A DNA stretch of 64,000 bases from Octopus vulgaris (taxonomy: Eukaryota), in NCBI GenBank assembly GCA_951406725.2, contig OX597831.1, positions 28,644,001-28,708,000 of the forward strand, in the 5' to 3' direction. Positions 41,186-56,522 of this stretch are shown piece by piece. Position 1 is the stretch's first letter. Each line of letters starts with the position of its first letter. The notes beneath the pieces were generated by a model that searched no databases, was not told the DNA's origin, and saw only the letters and a program-made list of their open reading frames with translations. A program made the translations under genes and the position numbers.

Positions 41186-41729
41186 GAAGAGAGAGAAAGA
41201 GAACAGTGTAGAAAGCGAAAAGGAAGAAAGAACAAGGCAGTGATAATAAACTATAAACTAAAATGAGTGAGCAAGAGGTTCCTCTCAGCCGTCTACCTTA
41301 CATTGTTGAGCGTGTGTTCTACGTGTTTAATATATTATACACAACAGACAAGGGCAGAGACTTAAACAGGAAGTTAAAGGACATAATGGATGCTGACCTA
41401 CAGATAAATGCGAAACGATTTAAAGAGAAGGCGGTCCTAATCATTAGTTATGCATTATACAGAGAATTGGTATTTAGAAAGAATTATTTGTAGAACTAAT
41501 TCCACAGAAATATTTTCCTCGTTATTTCAGAATACTATAATTGCTTTCCGCAAAACGGTTTTACGAATTTTGTAAAAGCAATATGGCCGATGAAACAAGA
41601 AGTTTCTATGTCTCCGCCAGTCTACGTTTAATCTTTGTGCAGAAGAACGCTGTATATCTCATCTTTATTATATCGGTTTCTACCAATTCTTTCCCCATTT
41701 CTAATAACAACATCAACAACAACAACACT

Positions 41730-41968
41730 ATTATAGGCACAAGGCCTGAAATTTAGTAGTGAGAGAAGCCCAGTCAATTACATCGATCTCCAGTGTATAC
41801 CTGGTGTTTTATTTCGTCTCTCCCTGAAAGGACGAAATGCGAAGTAGACTTGGTCGGAATCGGAACGGAATCTGAACATAAAGCCGGAAGAAAAGCCGCA
41901 AACAATTTCGTGCAGCATGCCAACGATTCTGCTGGCTCTCCACTTTAATAATAATAATAATGATGATG

Positions 41969-42035
<67 letters not shown>

Positions 42036-42057
42036 TAATAATAATAATAATGAATAA

Positions 42058-42111
<54 letters not shown>

Positions 42112-42241
42112 TATTTCTTTATTACCCACAAGGTGCTAAACATAGTGGCGACAAACAAGGACAGTAAAAGGGATTATGTCGATTACATTGACCCAGTGCG
42201 AAACTGGTACTTTAAATAATAATAGTAATAATAATAATAAT

Positions 42242-42311
<70 letters not shown>

Positions 42312-42525
42312 GTTTCATATTTTGTCACAAGGGCAGCAGTTTTGCGGGTGGGGTAAGTCGATTACATCGACCCTAGTGTTTCACTGGTACTTAATTTATC
42401 GGTCACGAAAGGATGAAAGGCGAAGTCGACCACAGAACATAAAGACGGGTGAAATGCCTCTAAGCATTATTTTTCTCGTTTTTTCCTGTATTTTGGCGTG
42501 CTAACGGTTCTGCCACCTCGCCACA
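41730..42525 (-). mobile_element. Cluster of family C SINE pieces interleaved with (AAT)n
   Basis: Three occurrences of gtc.attacat(c/t)ga.c..agtg...ctggt at ~41773, ~42178 and ~42357. Confidence 0.78.
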
Positions 42526-42977
42526 TTCAATCAAAACTTTGATATCCGCAATACATTGAGTGTACTTTACTCAAATACTATATGGGTCACTTTTCCTGAC
42601 ACACAACAGAGAAATTATCTGAGTTTGCGGCAAAGACGACTGTATTGACCAGATCCTTCTCCTGAACGTATAACTTATCATCACATTTAAATATGTGACA
42701 CGTTAGTCATTATATGCTGACGCCAACAACATGTGCATCATGTTTATCATTTTTTTTCATCATGAGTCTCTTTCACGACCAGTGCAATGATGAGTGGCCT
42801 AACATAATCTGGTCTGCTGGAACAAAATCTTTTCCTACCGTGTTTATTTAAATATCTGTTGTTGCATTTAAGATTTATGAGAACTTCATCGGTGTCAATA
42901 TTGTAAAATTCTTCATGAAACTCGTGAATAATCAACACACAGTTTTCTTCCGTGAAATCAATATTCCTCAACAGACA

Positions 42978-43388
42978 TAGGCGCAGGAAGTGGCTGTGTG
43001 GTAAGTAGCTTGCTAACCAACCACATGGTTCTGGGTTCAGTCCCACTGCGTGGCATCTTGGGCAAGTGTCTTCTGCTATAGCCCCGGGCCGACCAATGCC
43101 TTGTGAGTGGATTTTGCAGACGGAAACTGAAAGAAGCCTGTCGTATATATGTATATATATATGTATGTGTGTTTGTTTGTGTGTTTGTCCCCCTAGCATT
43201 GCTTGACAACCGAAGCTGGTGTGTTTATGTCCCCGTTACTTAGCGGTTCGGCAAAATAGACCGATAGAATAAGTACTGGGCTTACAAAAAGAATAAGTCC
43301 CGGGGTCGAGTTGCTCGACTAAAGGCGGTGCTCCAGCATGGCCGCAGTCAAATGACTGAAACAAGTAAAAGAGTAAAAGAGTAAAAGA
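42978..43388 (+). mobile_element. Family A SINE, full length
   Basis: Consensus head through the (gtaaaaga)3 tail. Confidence 0.92.
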
Positions 43389-43998
43389 TAGACAGAAGAG
43401 TTATTGCATCTTTAATGCCAGTAATGGTATTTATAGGGTCGTTAGATGAGGAGGCTGCAGTCTGGTGATTTTCAGAACTTTCGTAGACATATTCTACGAC
43501 TTATGATCTGTGAGAGTGGGATGTGGGAGGCTGTAACTGGTGGAGGTGTTGAATTCATAGACGGGTCTGTTTGGCGGTCCAGCATTATGAAATGAACAGA
43601 CGCAGGTTAGTGATCTTTCTTAAGACCGTACGATGCAGGTAGGTTATTGCTAATGGCATAGAAACTGTTTCGGAATGCGATGAAACGAAAAAGACATGAC
43701 CGCACATAAGCACGTTAGAAGGAATGAATGGAATAAAAATAATACCACCGTCACCACCACAATCTTGGCCGCCATCCCTACTAACCACAACCAACATCGT
43801 CACCACTACCATCACCACCCATCACCACTATCTTCACTTCCGTAGTAATACTAGAACGAACATTAACTAAATTTAAATTTGATCACACATTCACACAAGC
43901 TCATACACGCACAAGCTAACACGCAAATCATTAGCACCAACGCAAATACACATACCTCTAAGCCATATGCGTCCACATCGAAACACATACAATGTACA

Positions 43999-44035
<37 letters not shown>

Positions 44036-44555
44036 TACACACACATACACAACGCACACACACAAAGACACTCACATTCTTGATAGCAAAGGCAAAATCC
44101 AAAACAAGTATACGAAAATATAAAATGAAATGAGAGACAAGGAAGACAAAACAGCAAAACACACGCTCACACTTATACACACACACTTATATACACACAC
44201 ACTTATACACACACACAGGTACGCATGATCGCTTATATCTGACACTCTAAAGATGGCGATTGACAAGGTAACAAAGACCAGAAGAAACGAGAATCACTTT
44301 CAGAATGAGAAATCATTGAAATCATTGAAAAGGCCGCAGATGTGTTGCAGACATGTCGGTGGCTATAATTAATGAATGATTAACCGATTAATTGATTATT
44401 TAGCAACAGAACTGAAGTGAACTATAACCTGTTCATGTCTTTATTGGCAAAATGAGAAAGAAGAACCTTAGCTCAGAGTATAATAATATCGGTGTCGACA
44501 CACGGTTTTACATGAAGATACTTGTAAAACAGTTTTTAAAACGAAACACTGGCAT

Positions 44556-44588
<33 letters not shown>

Positions 44589-44594
44589 CGTATG

Positions 44595-44627
<33 letters not shown>

Positions 44628-44662
44628 GTATGTATATATGTGTATACAGGATATATATTGAA

Positions 44663-44729
<67 letters not shown>

Positions 44730-44744
44730 ATGCATGATATATAT

Positions 44745-44803
<59 letters not shown>

Positions 44804-44985
44804 GTGTATGCATGATATATATATATATTTATATTTGTATATGTCTATATGCATATACACACATACACACACACTCAAATATATATATATGTATATACGT
44901 GTATACATACGTACATACATGCATGTACATTTATTTTATATGCATGAGTGTGTGCATATATATTATACATAAATATATATATATG

Positions 44986-45050
<65 letters not shown>

Positions 45051-45774
45051 GTGTGTAATATGTATATATAAAAATCTGTGTTAAAATATCCGTATAGAAT
45101 TTTATTTTCTTTCTCCCACATTCTTCATGTCAAAGAAATTCATACGTACATACATAGAAAGATAGATACACACACATATATATATATATCTGTATCTATC
45201 TGTCTATGTATATATGTATGTATTTGACACGAAGAATGTGAGAGAAAGAAAATAAAATTCTATACATGTCTCTCTACATTTCCACAATTCATCATTTTCT
45301 TGAAATGGTTCCAATTACGAAGAGAATGGGAAAAACAATCGATTTTGTAAGACCCAGAGTTAATCGATCGAATTCTTGCACTTGCTTCCCTTTCCCTAGC
45401 CAAACTGTCTCTACCTCTCTTACTCTCTCTCTCTCTCTCTCTCACTCTCCACCTTCTCTCTCTCCCCTCCCTTTCTCTGACAATATGTACAAATATATCC
45501 ATAACTCTCTCTTATTCTTCGTGTATCTCTCTACCTATTAAGCTCTTATTCCCCCAATCTCGCTCACTTTCTGTGTCCTTCATTTTCTTAACACACATAC
45601 ACATACACTCACACACAAACACAAACATACTTATATATATATATGCATGTATATATGTGTATATACACACATATACATACATATATATATATATATATTG
45701 ATATATATATGCATATATATATATGTATATGTATATGTGGGTGTGTTTGTATATATGCATGTATACACACTCAC

Positions 45775-45817
<43 letters not shown>

Positions 45818-46642
45818 TGTCACATTTTCTCACCTATATGTATGTCAATTCTATTTTACACGTTACCATGACTCATTCTATTAAGTTATTTACCCTCCAT
45901 TTCAAAATTTGTGGACACTAGCGCCAAGAGCTGCATATTACAAACTTACAACAGACAGGTTATCTCTGGTTCAGTGCAGTTACCACGGTGAAAGTGACAA
46001 GGGAATGAGTGCACAACTTGTGCGGAACAAATATCATAAGTGACTTCGTTTCAAGATCACCGCACCGTTTCATCAATTGTTTCAAATGTTTATTCGTTTT
46101 GCCGCTATAAATATCGATGAAAACAGCGTATTACACGAACATATACATACATACATACATACACATACATACATACATACATACATACATACATACATAC
46201 ATACATAAAAACATACATACATACATACATACATACATACATACATACAGATACATACATACATATACATACATACATACATACATACATACATACATAC
46301 ATACATACATACATACATACATACATGCATACATACATACATACATACATACATACACACATACATACATACATACATACATACATACACATATACATAC
46401 ACACATACATACATACAAACATATATATGTATGTATATATGTAATATATGTATGGTTATATTTATATTTATACACACACACGCCGCCCACACACGCGCCC
46501 ACACAACCACACACACGCACATACACATATATTCGTTTCTTGTTTTGATGAATTATATATTTGACAACCAATTAGCATCGAAGTGAAGGATTAATCAATA
46601 CTTTAGAGTACGTACTTTAGAGTAGGTCCTTTCTAACTTTTA

Positions 46643-46684
46643 CAGTCTGATGAAGTCACATAGTACGAAACTTTGAGGTCACTG
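46643..46684 (+). ncRNA. Minimal type I hammerhead ribozyme (Penelope-type)
   Basis: cagt-CTGATGA-a-gt cacatagt ac-GAAA-ctttgagg-TC-actg: intact core, GUC triplet, 4-bp stem I, near-palindromic stem III, weak stem II. Confidence 0.65.
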
Positions 46685-47031
46685 CGAACCCTTATCGTAT
46701 AAAACTCAACGAGCATGCATAAGCATGCATGTGTGTGTGTGTTTGCGTGTATGCGTGAGTACGTCTGTATGTGCGTTGGTGCCTGTATTTGAATGCATGT
46801 GTGTATCGTTGCGTGTGTGTGTGTGTGTGTGTGTGTATCACTCTATGTGTATGCATTTTTGTGTTCATTTCAACCATCGGACTATGGACATGTTGAGACA
46901 TTACTATCAGCAGTTTCGTCGACCTTGTTCATCATGTTCATTTAATTTATCGATCTCTATTTTACCGGATCGATAAGTTACACACAAACACATTCATATA
47001 TACATACAAACACACATATAAATACACACAC

Positions 47032-47094
<63 letters not shown>

Positions 47095-47134
47095 TATATA
47101 CCTATACACACATATATATATAAATACACACACA

Positions 47135-47176
<42 letters not shown>

Positions 47177-47264
47177 TTATTAGAGACAAAACCACTATTT
47201 TGCAAAACAAACAAGGAAAGACTTAATCAATACATAAAATTTTAATAAATAGTAAAAAAAACCG

Positions 47265-47307
47265 CCACTACAATTGTTTCTTGTCTTGATCGACAATCTT
47301 CAGGTGG
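47265..47307 (-). ncRNA. Minimal type I hammerhead ribozyme (left arm)
   Basis: Exact reverse complement of 47355-47397. Confidence 0.9.
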
Positions 47308-47354
47308 ACTTCCAATAAGTCAGTTTCAAATTATGAAACTGACTTATTGGAAGT

Positions 47355-47397
47355 CCACCTGAAGATTGTCGATCAAGACAAGAAACAATTGTAGTGG
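47355..47397 (+). ncRNA. Minimal type I hammerhead ribozyme (right arm)
   Basis: ccac-CTGAAGA-ttgtc gatcaa gacaa-GAAA-caattg-TA-gtgg: complete core, all three stems pair, palindromic stem III acaattgt, GUA triplet. Confidence 0.92.
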
Positions 47398-47644
47398 CGG
47401 TTTTTTTGACTATTTATTAAAATTTTATGTATTGATTAAGTCTTTCCTTGTTTGTTTTGCAAAATAGTGGTTTTGTCTCTAATAATATTTTATAATATTT
47501 TACTATAAAATTGGATTTAATCCTAAATCTGATTTTTTCCCTGTAAATTTGGATTTATTCCCTAATATTTATTATTTATATATATATATATATATACATA
47601 CATACAGATACACGTATATGTATATTTATATATATATATATATA

Positions 47645-47820
47645 TCCTTAACTACTAAACCCTTTCTATTTTCTCTCCCTGTTTATTTCTGTGTTCCTTT
47701 CTGTCGAAGAGCGTAGGCACGAAACGCGAAAGACTTTGACTTTCTCACTTCTCGATCGTTAAAATACTACATCTGTTTGTTGTTTACACACCCATCCGCA
47801 TCTTATAAATTCTCACTATA
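47645..47820 (+). mobile_element. Family P element with variant hammerhead (47697-47732)
   Basis: cttt-CTGTCGA-a-gagc gtag gcac-GAAA-cgcg-aaag. Confidence 0.7.
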
Positions 47821-47822
47821 CA

Positions 47823-47904
<82 letters not shown>

Positions 47905-48064
47905 TAAAGTTCAAATTTGCAGAAAACAAAACACGAAGACAAATGAAGGAATAACAGTCAGGTGTATGAATGAAGAAATCTTTGACGTTTCAAACCTACG
48001 CTCATCGACAGAAAGGATTGAGGGAAAAAGAAAAGGAGAGAGAACGAAATAAAAACATGTGTAG

Positions 48065-48065
<1 letters not shown>
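47905..48065 (-). mobile_element. Family P element with variant hammerhead (47980-48015)
   Basis: Minus strand cttt-CTGTCGA-t-gagc gtag gttt-GAAA-cg-TC-aaag. Confidence 0.7.
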
Positions 48066-48121
<56 letters not shown>

Positions 48122-48174
48122 CGATAATAATTCTCTGAGCGAGGTATAAACAGTAGCTGCACGATATCGTGAAC

Positions 48175-48316
48175 TATATTTGCCACTTAAACGTGGCTTA
48201 CCCTTAAGGGTGGATGCTACTGTAGCTTGTAGCCCTAGGGGGAGGTGCCCTCCTGGGGCTACAAGCTACAGTAGCATCCACCCTTAAGGGTTAGCCACAT
48301 TTAAGTGGCAAATATA
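48175..48316. repeat. Near-perfect palindrome, ~65-bp arms, same family as the 9864 palindrome
   Basis: tatatttgccacttaaa.gtggct.acccttaagggtggatgctactgtagcttgtagccc...gggctacaagctacagtagcatccacccttaaggg.tagccac.tttaagtggcaaatata. Confidence 0.95.
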
Positions 48317-48329
48317 CTTATATATAAAT

Positions 48330-48424
<95 letters not shown>

Positions 48425-49018
48425 ATATATAAATATATATATATATATTATATATATATATATATATCCATAAAGTGTTTGAATCATCTGTGCAACTCAT
48501 AACAGTTATTAAATATATGACCTGGTTTTAATAGGATCAATACAAAACACGTTCCTCGCCGTCAATAGTCTTTGTTTATTTGTATTGATTAGTAACTGAT
48601 ATATATATTTCATAAAAATGGTGGCCGAAATAATGGAAGATTAAAGTTTAACCATTTTTATATTGTTTCTTCTACAAATTTTTTACCCTTGAATGATTAG
48701 ATTTTTTTTTTTAATTTCATGATTGAATTTAAAATAGATATGGAATCTAATCTCCATCCATTATTTGTTTTCATATTCACTTTTTTTTTCTTTTTGTGAA
48801 TTCATCTTTTTACTTGTTCGCCATAGTATCTGTTTGACCTTGGTATCATAATCATTGCTTTTTGATAGATATTTTCCAAGAATTCTCTATTTTTAACAGG
48901 ATAATTTTAAATCTCTGTAACATCATTTTTCTTTAATTTTTATTGAAATATTTCTTAATTAGATACGCTATTAATAAAAAAAAGAAGCTTTATTCGCCTG
49001 ATATTATTATCATTATTA

Positions 49019-49091
<73 letters not shown>

Positions 49092-49124
49092 CATCATCAT
49101 CATCATTATCATCATCATCATCAT

Positions 49125-49163
<39 letters not shown>

Positions 49164-49772
49164 ATCATCATATCATCATCATCATCATCATCATGATAAT
49201 TATCATCATCATCATCGTCATTATTATTATTATTATTGTTGTTGTTGTTGTTGTTTTTGTTGCTGTTGTTGTTGTTGCTGCTACTACTGCTGTTATTATT
49301 ATTCCCCATTGTTGTGCGACATATATCGTAAATTCATGCTGATATTTTAACTGAAGAATCGGGGGAATCCCTCATCGCGCTGCATTCGCGCCCATCTTTC
49401 CCACCCGTCTCTAGTGTTGACCCAGTTGTTAATATAGTCTTCTTGTATAATATTATTATGATAGTTGTTTGTTACCATTATCTGTACATGCCTATGTATG
49501 GACATACTTATGCGTATGTATGTATGTGTATGTACATATCTATGTATGTGCGTATGTTTATGTATTGTATGATGTAAGAACGTATGCATGTTTCAATGTA
49601 TTATGTATGATGTACATATATATGCACGTATCTTTCTGTCTATATCTCCATCTCTCACTCACTCACTTTCTATCTATCAATCTATATCTATCTGTCTGTC
49701 TGTCTGCGTGCCTGCCTGTCTGTCTGTCTGTCTATCTATTTATCTCTGTATCAACAATCAATCAATCAATCC

Positions 49773-49840
<68 letters not shown>

Positions 49841-49863
49841 GTGTATCTGTCAGTCTGTCCGTC

Positions 49864-50262
49864 TATGTGGTAAGTAGCTTGCTTACCAACCACATGGTTC
49901 CGGGTTCAGTAACAATGCGTGGCATCTTGGGCACGTGTCTTCTACTATAGCCTCGGGTCGACCAAAGCCTTGTGAGTGGATTTGGTAGACGGAAACTGAA
50001 AGAAGCCCGTCGTATATATGTATATATATATGTGTGTGTGTGTGTGTGTATGTTTGTGTGTCTGTGTTTGTCCCCCTAGCATTGCCTGAAAACCGATGGT
50101 GGTGTGTTTACGTTCCCGTAACTTAGCGGTTCGGCAAAAGAGACCGATAGAATAAGTACTAGGCTTACAAAGAATAAGTCCTGGGGTCGATTTGCTCGAC
50201 TAAAGGTGGTGCTCCAGCATGGCCGCAGTCAAATGACTGAAAGAAGTAAAAGAATAAAAGAG
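49864..50262 (+). mobile_element. Family A SINE
   Basis: From tgtggtaagtagcttgcttaccaacc to gtaaaagaataaaagag. Confidence 0.9.
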
Positions 50263-50827
50263 TATATATATGTATATCTATTTATCTGTCAATCTATCTA
50301 TCTATCTATCTTTCTATCTCAGTTCTCCCTCAGTCCAACTCTCATTATTTCTGAATTATTGTGTCATCAACTCCCACCCTGCATCCTTATTTCCCCTCTC
50401 CCTTGCATGTCACTTATATATTCGATGCGTGCGCGCACTCACACATGCACACGCACACGCATACGCACAAAACCTAAGTCTTTCTATTGTCCATTTTTTC
50501 CTCTCTTAGTCTCCCCCACAAATCTCCTTTAATACCAACCATACCCCCATTTTAGCCCCACTTTTCTTTTCTCTCACTCATATTTTCTTTCCCTCTCTCT
50601 TTATTTCTCTCTCTCTCTCTCTCTCTCTCCCTAAGTAACCTTCTGTTCTACTCCTTTCACCTTTTCCCTTCTCTTCCTTTCTGTCTCTATCTCTTTCTCT
50701 CATCTCTCTATCTCTCTCATTCTCACTCTCCCTCTCCCTCACACTCTATCTGCCCTTAAATATTTGTCTATGTCACTCCTCTCACCTTTCACCTCTCCCC
50801 ATCTGTCTCTTATCCTCTCTCTCTCTC

Positions 50828-50867
<40 letters not shown>

Positions 50868-51446
50868 ATCACTGACCAATACACGTTCCTGTTCCTGGCC
50901 TAGTACCGTCCAAGAGTTCATTATTTATGGAATGTCCAGACTGACCAGAGGGGAATACAGCAACTCATTCTCGCGGTTTTGGAACCGTCCCAATTTCTTC
51001 AACCATCTCGTCTGTCATTTCATACCACATAATATAAAGACGCACACGAACCCTCACGGACAATTACGGACGCTTCCGAACACTCAGGGCTACTCCCGAG
51101 CTCACAATGAGAAGACATATAAAGAAGCACGCGCAAGGACACATGAGCTCTCTTGTAACCACCACTCTGTGGAGAATGGAAATTCTAATGGAAATTCTAA
51201 TGGAAGAATCGCTGTGAACTCTTTTTCTGCCTCTCTCTCTCTTAGTCTCTCTCACTCACTGACTGACTCACTGACTCACTCATTCACTGACTGACTGACT
51301 CACTCACTCACTCCCTCCGTCCGTCCGTCCCTTACTCACTCACTCATCACACACACACACTCTCACTATCTATCTATCTATCTATCTATCCATACATCTA
51401 CCTATCTATTTATCTATCTATCCATCCATCCATCCATCCATCCATG

Positions 51447-51494
<48 letters not shown>

Positions 51495-51613
51495 CATCCA
51501 TCCATCCATCCATCCATCTATCTATCTATCGTATGTTTGTCTGCCTTCCTTGAGAAGTAAAACATCTTTTGCTATACATGCATCTGTGTGTGTATGTGTA
51601 TATATGTACATGC

Positions 51614-51713
<100 letters not shown>

Positions 51714-51740
51714 ATGTATATTTACACATATGTATGTGTT

Positions 51741-51774
<34 letters not shown>

Positions 51775-51849
51775 TGCGTATATATGTGTGTAGATATGTG
51801 TATATATGTATAAATGTGTATATATATGCATATGTATATGTATTTCATG

Positions 51850-52062
51850 TTGAACCAGTATCCTTACACATTTCTTTCTCTCTCCGTTTTTCTTTCTTTA
51901 CTTTTCGCTCTCTCCCTGATTTTTCCCTCTTGGTCTTTTCTGTCGAATAGCGTGGGCTCGAAACATCAAAGGCCTCTCCATTCTTCCCGAACGCTAAACT
52001 ATTACACCTGCTTGTTGTTCCTTCACCTGTCTTCGTTTTTCGTTTTCTGTAAATTCGAACTA
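51850..52062 (+). mobile_element. Family P element with variant hammerhead (51936-51971)
   Basis: tttt-CTGTCGA-a-tagc gtgg gctc-GAAA-ca-TC-aaag; 3' end gtcttcgttttt..ttttctgtaaattc then (TA)n. Confidence 0.7.
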
Positions 52063-52138
52063 TATATATATATATGTGTGTATGTATGTATGTATATATA
52101 TTTATATATTTTATATATGTTAGATATATATATATATG

Positions 52139-52194
<56 letters not shown>

Positions 52195-52211
52195 TATATA
52201 TACATACATGC

Positions 52212-52249
<38 letters not shown>

Positions 52250-52250
52250 G

Positions 52251-52294
<44 letters not shown>

Positions 52295-52380
52295 TATATA
52301 CATATATATACTTTATATATATATATATATGCATGTATGTATGTATGTATGTATGTATGTATGTATGTATGTATGCATGA

Positions 52381-52440
<60 letters not shown>

Positions 52441-53303
52441 ACCAGTTACTTGCTGGAAATATTAAAAGCTTAGCTGAAAATAGAACTTTTCATCCGTGGT
52501 GAATATGTTGTGGGGAATGAGTACATATCAAAAATATAGATCTGTATCTTCGAATCTAGAAAGCTCTTGATGGAATAATGTGGCGGGAAAGATAGACGTA
52601 GAAATAAACAGACAAAACAGACTGACAACAAGACAATGGAATGACATATTTTGACCGAAAACGCTGAAGAAATGGCAAGAGAAGAATGAGAACAATAAGG
52701 TCATAGAAATATTGAAAGACACCATAAATCAAAATGTCTTGTGACAAAGGACAATGGAATTAGAGAAACGATCTCTCTATGACATTCTATGACATTCTGT
52801 AGAATATTATGAGAGTTGATGCTGGAATATCAATTCGTATTTGCTAAATTTCTTTTAAGTCTTTTATGCTGAATCTATATTGAATATTTATTGATTTAGT
52901 GATTTTTATCTCAGCAACGAAATTCACAAATATTTCTGTGTTCCTGTGCCAAAATTAGAAACCAATATTATTACGTCATATCAATATTCTTAATAAGATC
53001 GTATTTTAATAATTCTTCTGAATTTTTTTATTGCTCTGCTATGTTCCTGTGCTGTATGCAACATTGTTATTTCGGAATGTAAAGTGATTCTTCAGTGATT
53101 CTTTCTGTATCTTATCCTTCACTTATTTGTCATTGGACTGCGGCATCGCCTTTAACGGTTTCGTCGAACAAGTCGACACCAATATTTATTTAATTTTTTT
53201 AAAACTTAGTACTTATTTTGTTCATTTCTTTTGCGAAACTGCAAAACTACGGTGACGCAACTAACACCGATTCCCAAGTGATAGTGCGAAACACAAAACG
53301 CAT

Positions 53304-53396
<93 letters not shown>

Positions 53397-53503
53397 AACA
53401 AACACACATGTTTTATCTATCTGTCTGTCTGTCTATATATTTATATATGTATATATGTGTATATCAATGTATGTATATATATAAGTATGTATATATGTCG
53501 CTA

Positions 53504-53593
<90 letters not shown>

Positions 53594-53597
53594 GCTC

Positions 53598-53681
<84 letters not shown>

Positions 53682-53749
53682 CACATATATATGTACATGA
53701 CAGGATTCTTTCTGTGTCCGTCTGCGAAATCCAAAGAAACAAAGTAAGA

Positions 53750-53975
53750 AAAATAGATAGAAGTCGAATATTTCACACCGAAATTTACAGCCCAAAACGG
53801 CAGGTCGACTTATACACTAAGACGACTTTGGAGAACCAAAATTCCATATGAAATGCAGCATCATTTGTAAAGATATCGAAGATGTTTGATCGTTTGCACT
53901 ACACGTCTACACTATAAACTATACATTATATATCTATATCATAAACTACGCCGATTTATACGCCGCAAAATACGG
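53750..53975. mobile_element. Possible pogo/Tigger-type (Tc1/mariner) non-autonomous DNA transposon end
   Basis: ttatacgccgcaaaatacgg at 53956-53975 resembles the CCGTATTTT.CG...TATAA terminal repeat class; internal gtcgacttatacac; the other end was not found. Confidence 0.45.
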
Positions 53976-54154
53976 AATACGTTTTAGTGTTAGGCGGTAA
54001 CTGTGAGATGTGCCGTGTGTCTTGTTTTCTATTGTTAGATAATGGTTTGTGTTTTGTATTTTAGAGCTGGGAGGCGACTGTGTTATAGCGTTCAATAGTA
54101 TTGAATGGAAATTATGTGAACTATAAAACATGCTAGGTTTTTTTATTCTTTTTA

Positions 54155-54365
54155 CTATTGGCAAACGGCCAGAAAATTTGAACAAAGGCGGCAAGTCGAT
54201 TACATCAAGCTCAGTGCTTGACTGCTATTAATTTTATCGATCCCAAAAGGATGAAAGACAGGCTCGTCCTCGGTAGAATTTGAACTCAGAGCGTAAAGAC
54301 AGACGAAATGCCTTTGAGCATCTTGTACGGCGTACTAACGGTTTTGCCAACTGGCCGCTTCGCTT
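54155..54365 (-). mobile_element. Family C SINE, diverged
   Basis: aagtcgattacatc...aaaggatgaaagac...gaatttgaactcagagcgtaaagacagacgaaatgcc. Confidence 0.75.
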
Positions 54366-54643
54366 TAGTTATTAATGAAGTCTCAGATGTTTTACAGCAA
54401 CGGAGTGTGTGTGGTCATATTTTAATAGAGTGCTCATTGTGTAGAATATGCATAGGAAATGTTGCGTTTTCTGTTTTTTATTGCCGAATGGGAGGAGAAC
54501 GTTTTGTGTGGTGAGCCTTTTTTTTATATATTATTCCGGTAATGTTTGTGTAAAGTATCTGCTATCAATTGTGTGTATCGAAAAACTGTTCTTTCTCCCG
54601 GGATTCCAATGTTCTGAAATTAAGATATGCCATGTGTGAGTAT

Positions 54644-54714
<71 letters not shown>

Positions 54715-54792
54715 TTTGTGTGTGTTATTTAGCTTGTTTTGGCCATAATGACTCAGGCTACGATAGATCACTAACTATACATATATATATAT

Positions 54793-54846
<54 letters not shown>

Positions 54847-54855
54847 ATGTGTGTG

Positions 54856-54896
<41 letters not shown>

Positions 54897-54995
54897 GTAT
54901 GTATGTATGTATGTATCCTGCAGACAGCTTCAGTTGAAGGAAACTGCCGTCATCAGCTGTCTGATAGTAATCAGAACAATTAAGTATGCATGTGG

Positions 54996-55064
<69 letters not shown>

Positions 55065-55813
55065 TGTGTATATGTGTGTGTGTGTGTGGTCTATATAAAT
55101 AGGGTGTGGAATTGAGAATAAGTGGGTGTATTCGGCACAGAAAGCAATGTCTTGGACAAGACTGCTACACCAAAGATAGAAGCAAAGCATTTGAACATTT
55201 GTAGAATAAAGAACTAGTTTTCTCTGAACTGAATGTATTTCTGGCTTACGAGACATGAATATGGATATGTGCGTGTGAGTGAATGTGTGTGTGTGTGTGT
55301 ATGTATGCATGTGTGTGTGTGTGTGTGTATGTATGCATGTGTGTGTGTGTGTGTGTGTGTGGTCGTGTCTGGGGGTGTGAATGCATACTTATGCAGTTAG
55401 AAGGAGAGAAAAAAAAACTGATGGCTTCTGAAGATATACATGAGGCATTGGGAAAACAAATGCAGACATAATGGACAGATATAAATGCACAGATGCGCTG
55501 ACATATTTACATATATATGTACGTATGTATGTATGTATGTATGTATGTATGTATGTATGTATGTATGTGTGTATGTATGTATGTATGTATGTTTATATAC
55601 ATATATACGTACATAACGTACGTACATACATTCATACATACACACACATCCATATATATATATATATATATGCGTACAGATATGCATATATATATATATA
55701 TGCATATATACATATATACATACATATACATATACACGCACATATATATTTTTATATTATATATATACACCTACACCTACGCACATAGAGGCACATATAT
55801 ACGAATTTACATA

Positions 55814-55865
<52 letters not shown>

Positions 55866-56356
55866 CATACATATATATATATATATGCATACATATATTA
55901 TATATGCATGTATATATACATGCATGTATATATATATATGTGTGTGTGGGGGGGAGTGTATACACACATGTATATACATGCATACACACACGCATACCCA
56001 TATTTGCGTGTGTGTATAAGTGTGTGTTTGTGCGTATGTATGCATATGTGTACATGTATGTTGTTGGTGGCATGTTTTGTTACGTTTATAGAAAACAAAA
56101 CATAAAAATGAAAATATAAAATTAAAATACAATGAGTAATATAAGCTGGAATAACAAACACACACACACCCACAAACATATAAAGCGTAGAAAGTGCTGA
56201 TTATGCTGAAAATTACTGTTGATCACAGCTGCAGTTTGAAATCCAGAATGTATAGGGGTGAAAGTGAATACCACAAGGCACTCGGTGTCGTGTTGTATTG
56301 AATGCTTACGAACACTTTCACGTATATTAGAACAGCAAACTCGATGGTGATGATGG

Positions 56357-56522
<166 letters not shown>

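Larger units (their letters stand above)
47172..47490. repeat. Palindrome with 157-bp arms (1 mismatch, 5-nt spacer): inverted Penelope-like terminal repeat
   Basis: Arms 47172-47328 and 47334-47490 around aatta; the right side continues unpaired to ~47578 and the whole element is flanked by (TA)n. Confidence 0.97.

Noticed and set aside
42540-42970. Possible reverse transcriptase remnant on the minus strand (LIIHEFHEEFYNID)
   Set aside because: Only vague resemblance to the F.DF.KAFD motif; too decayed to support without a profile search. The same applies to possible LINE scraps at 30790-30990 and 52520-52730 and a possible Penelope scrap at 7100-7500.
45940-46075. Possible minus-strand exon ending at a gtaagt donor
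   Set aside because: All three frames hit stops and no acceptor context or homology is recognisable; likewise for candidates at 50870-51030 and 60288-60341.
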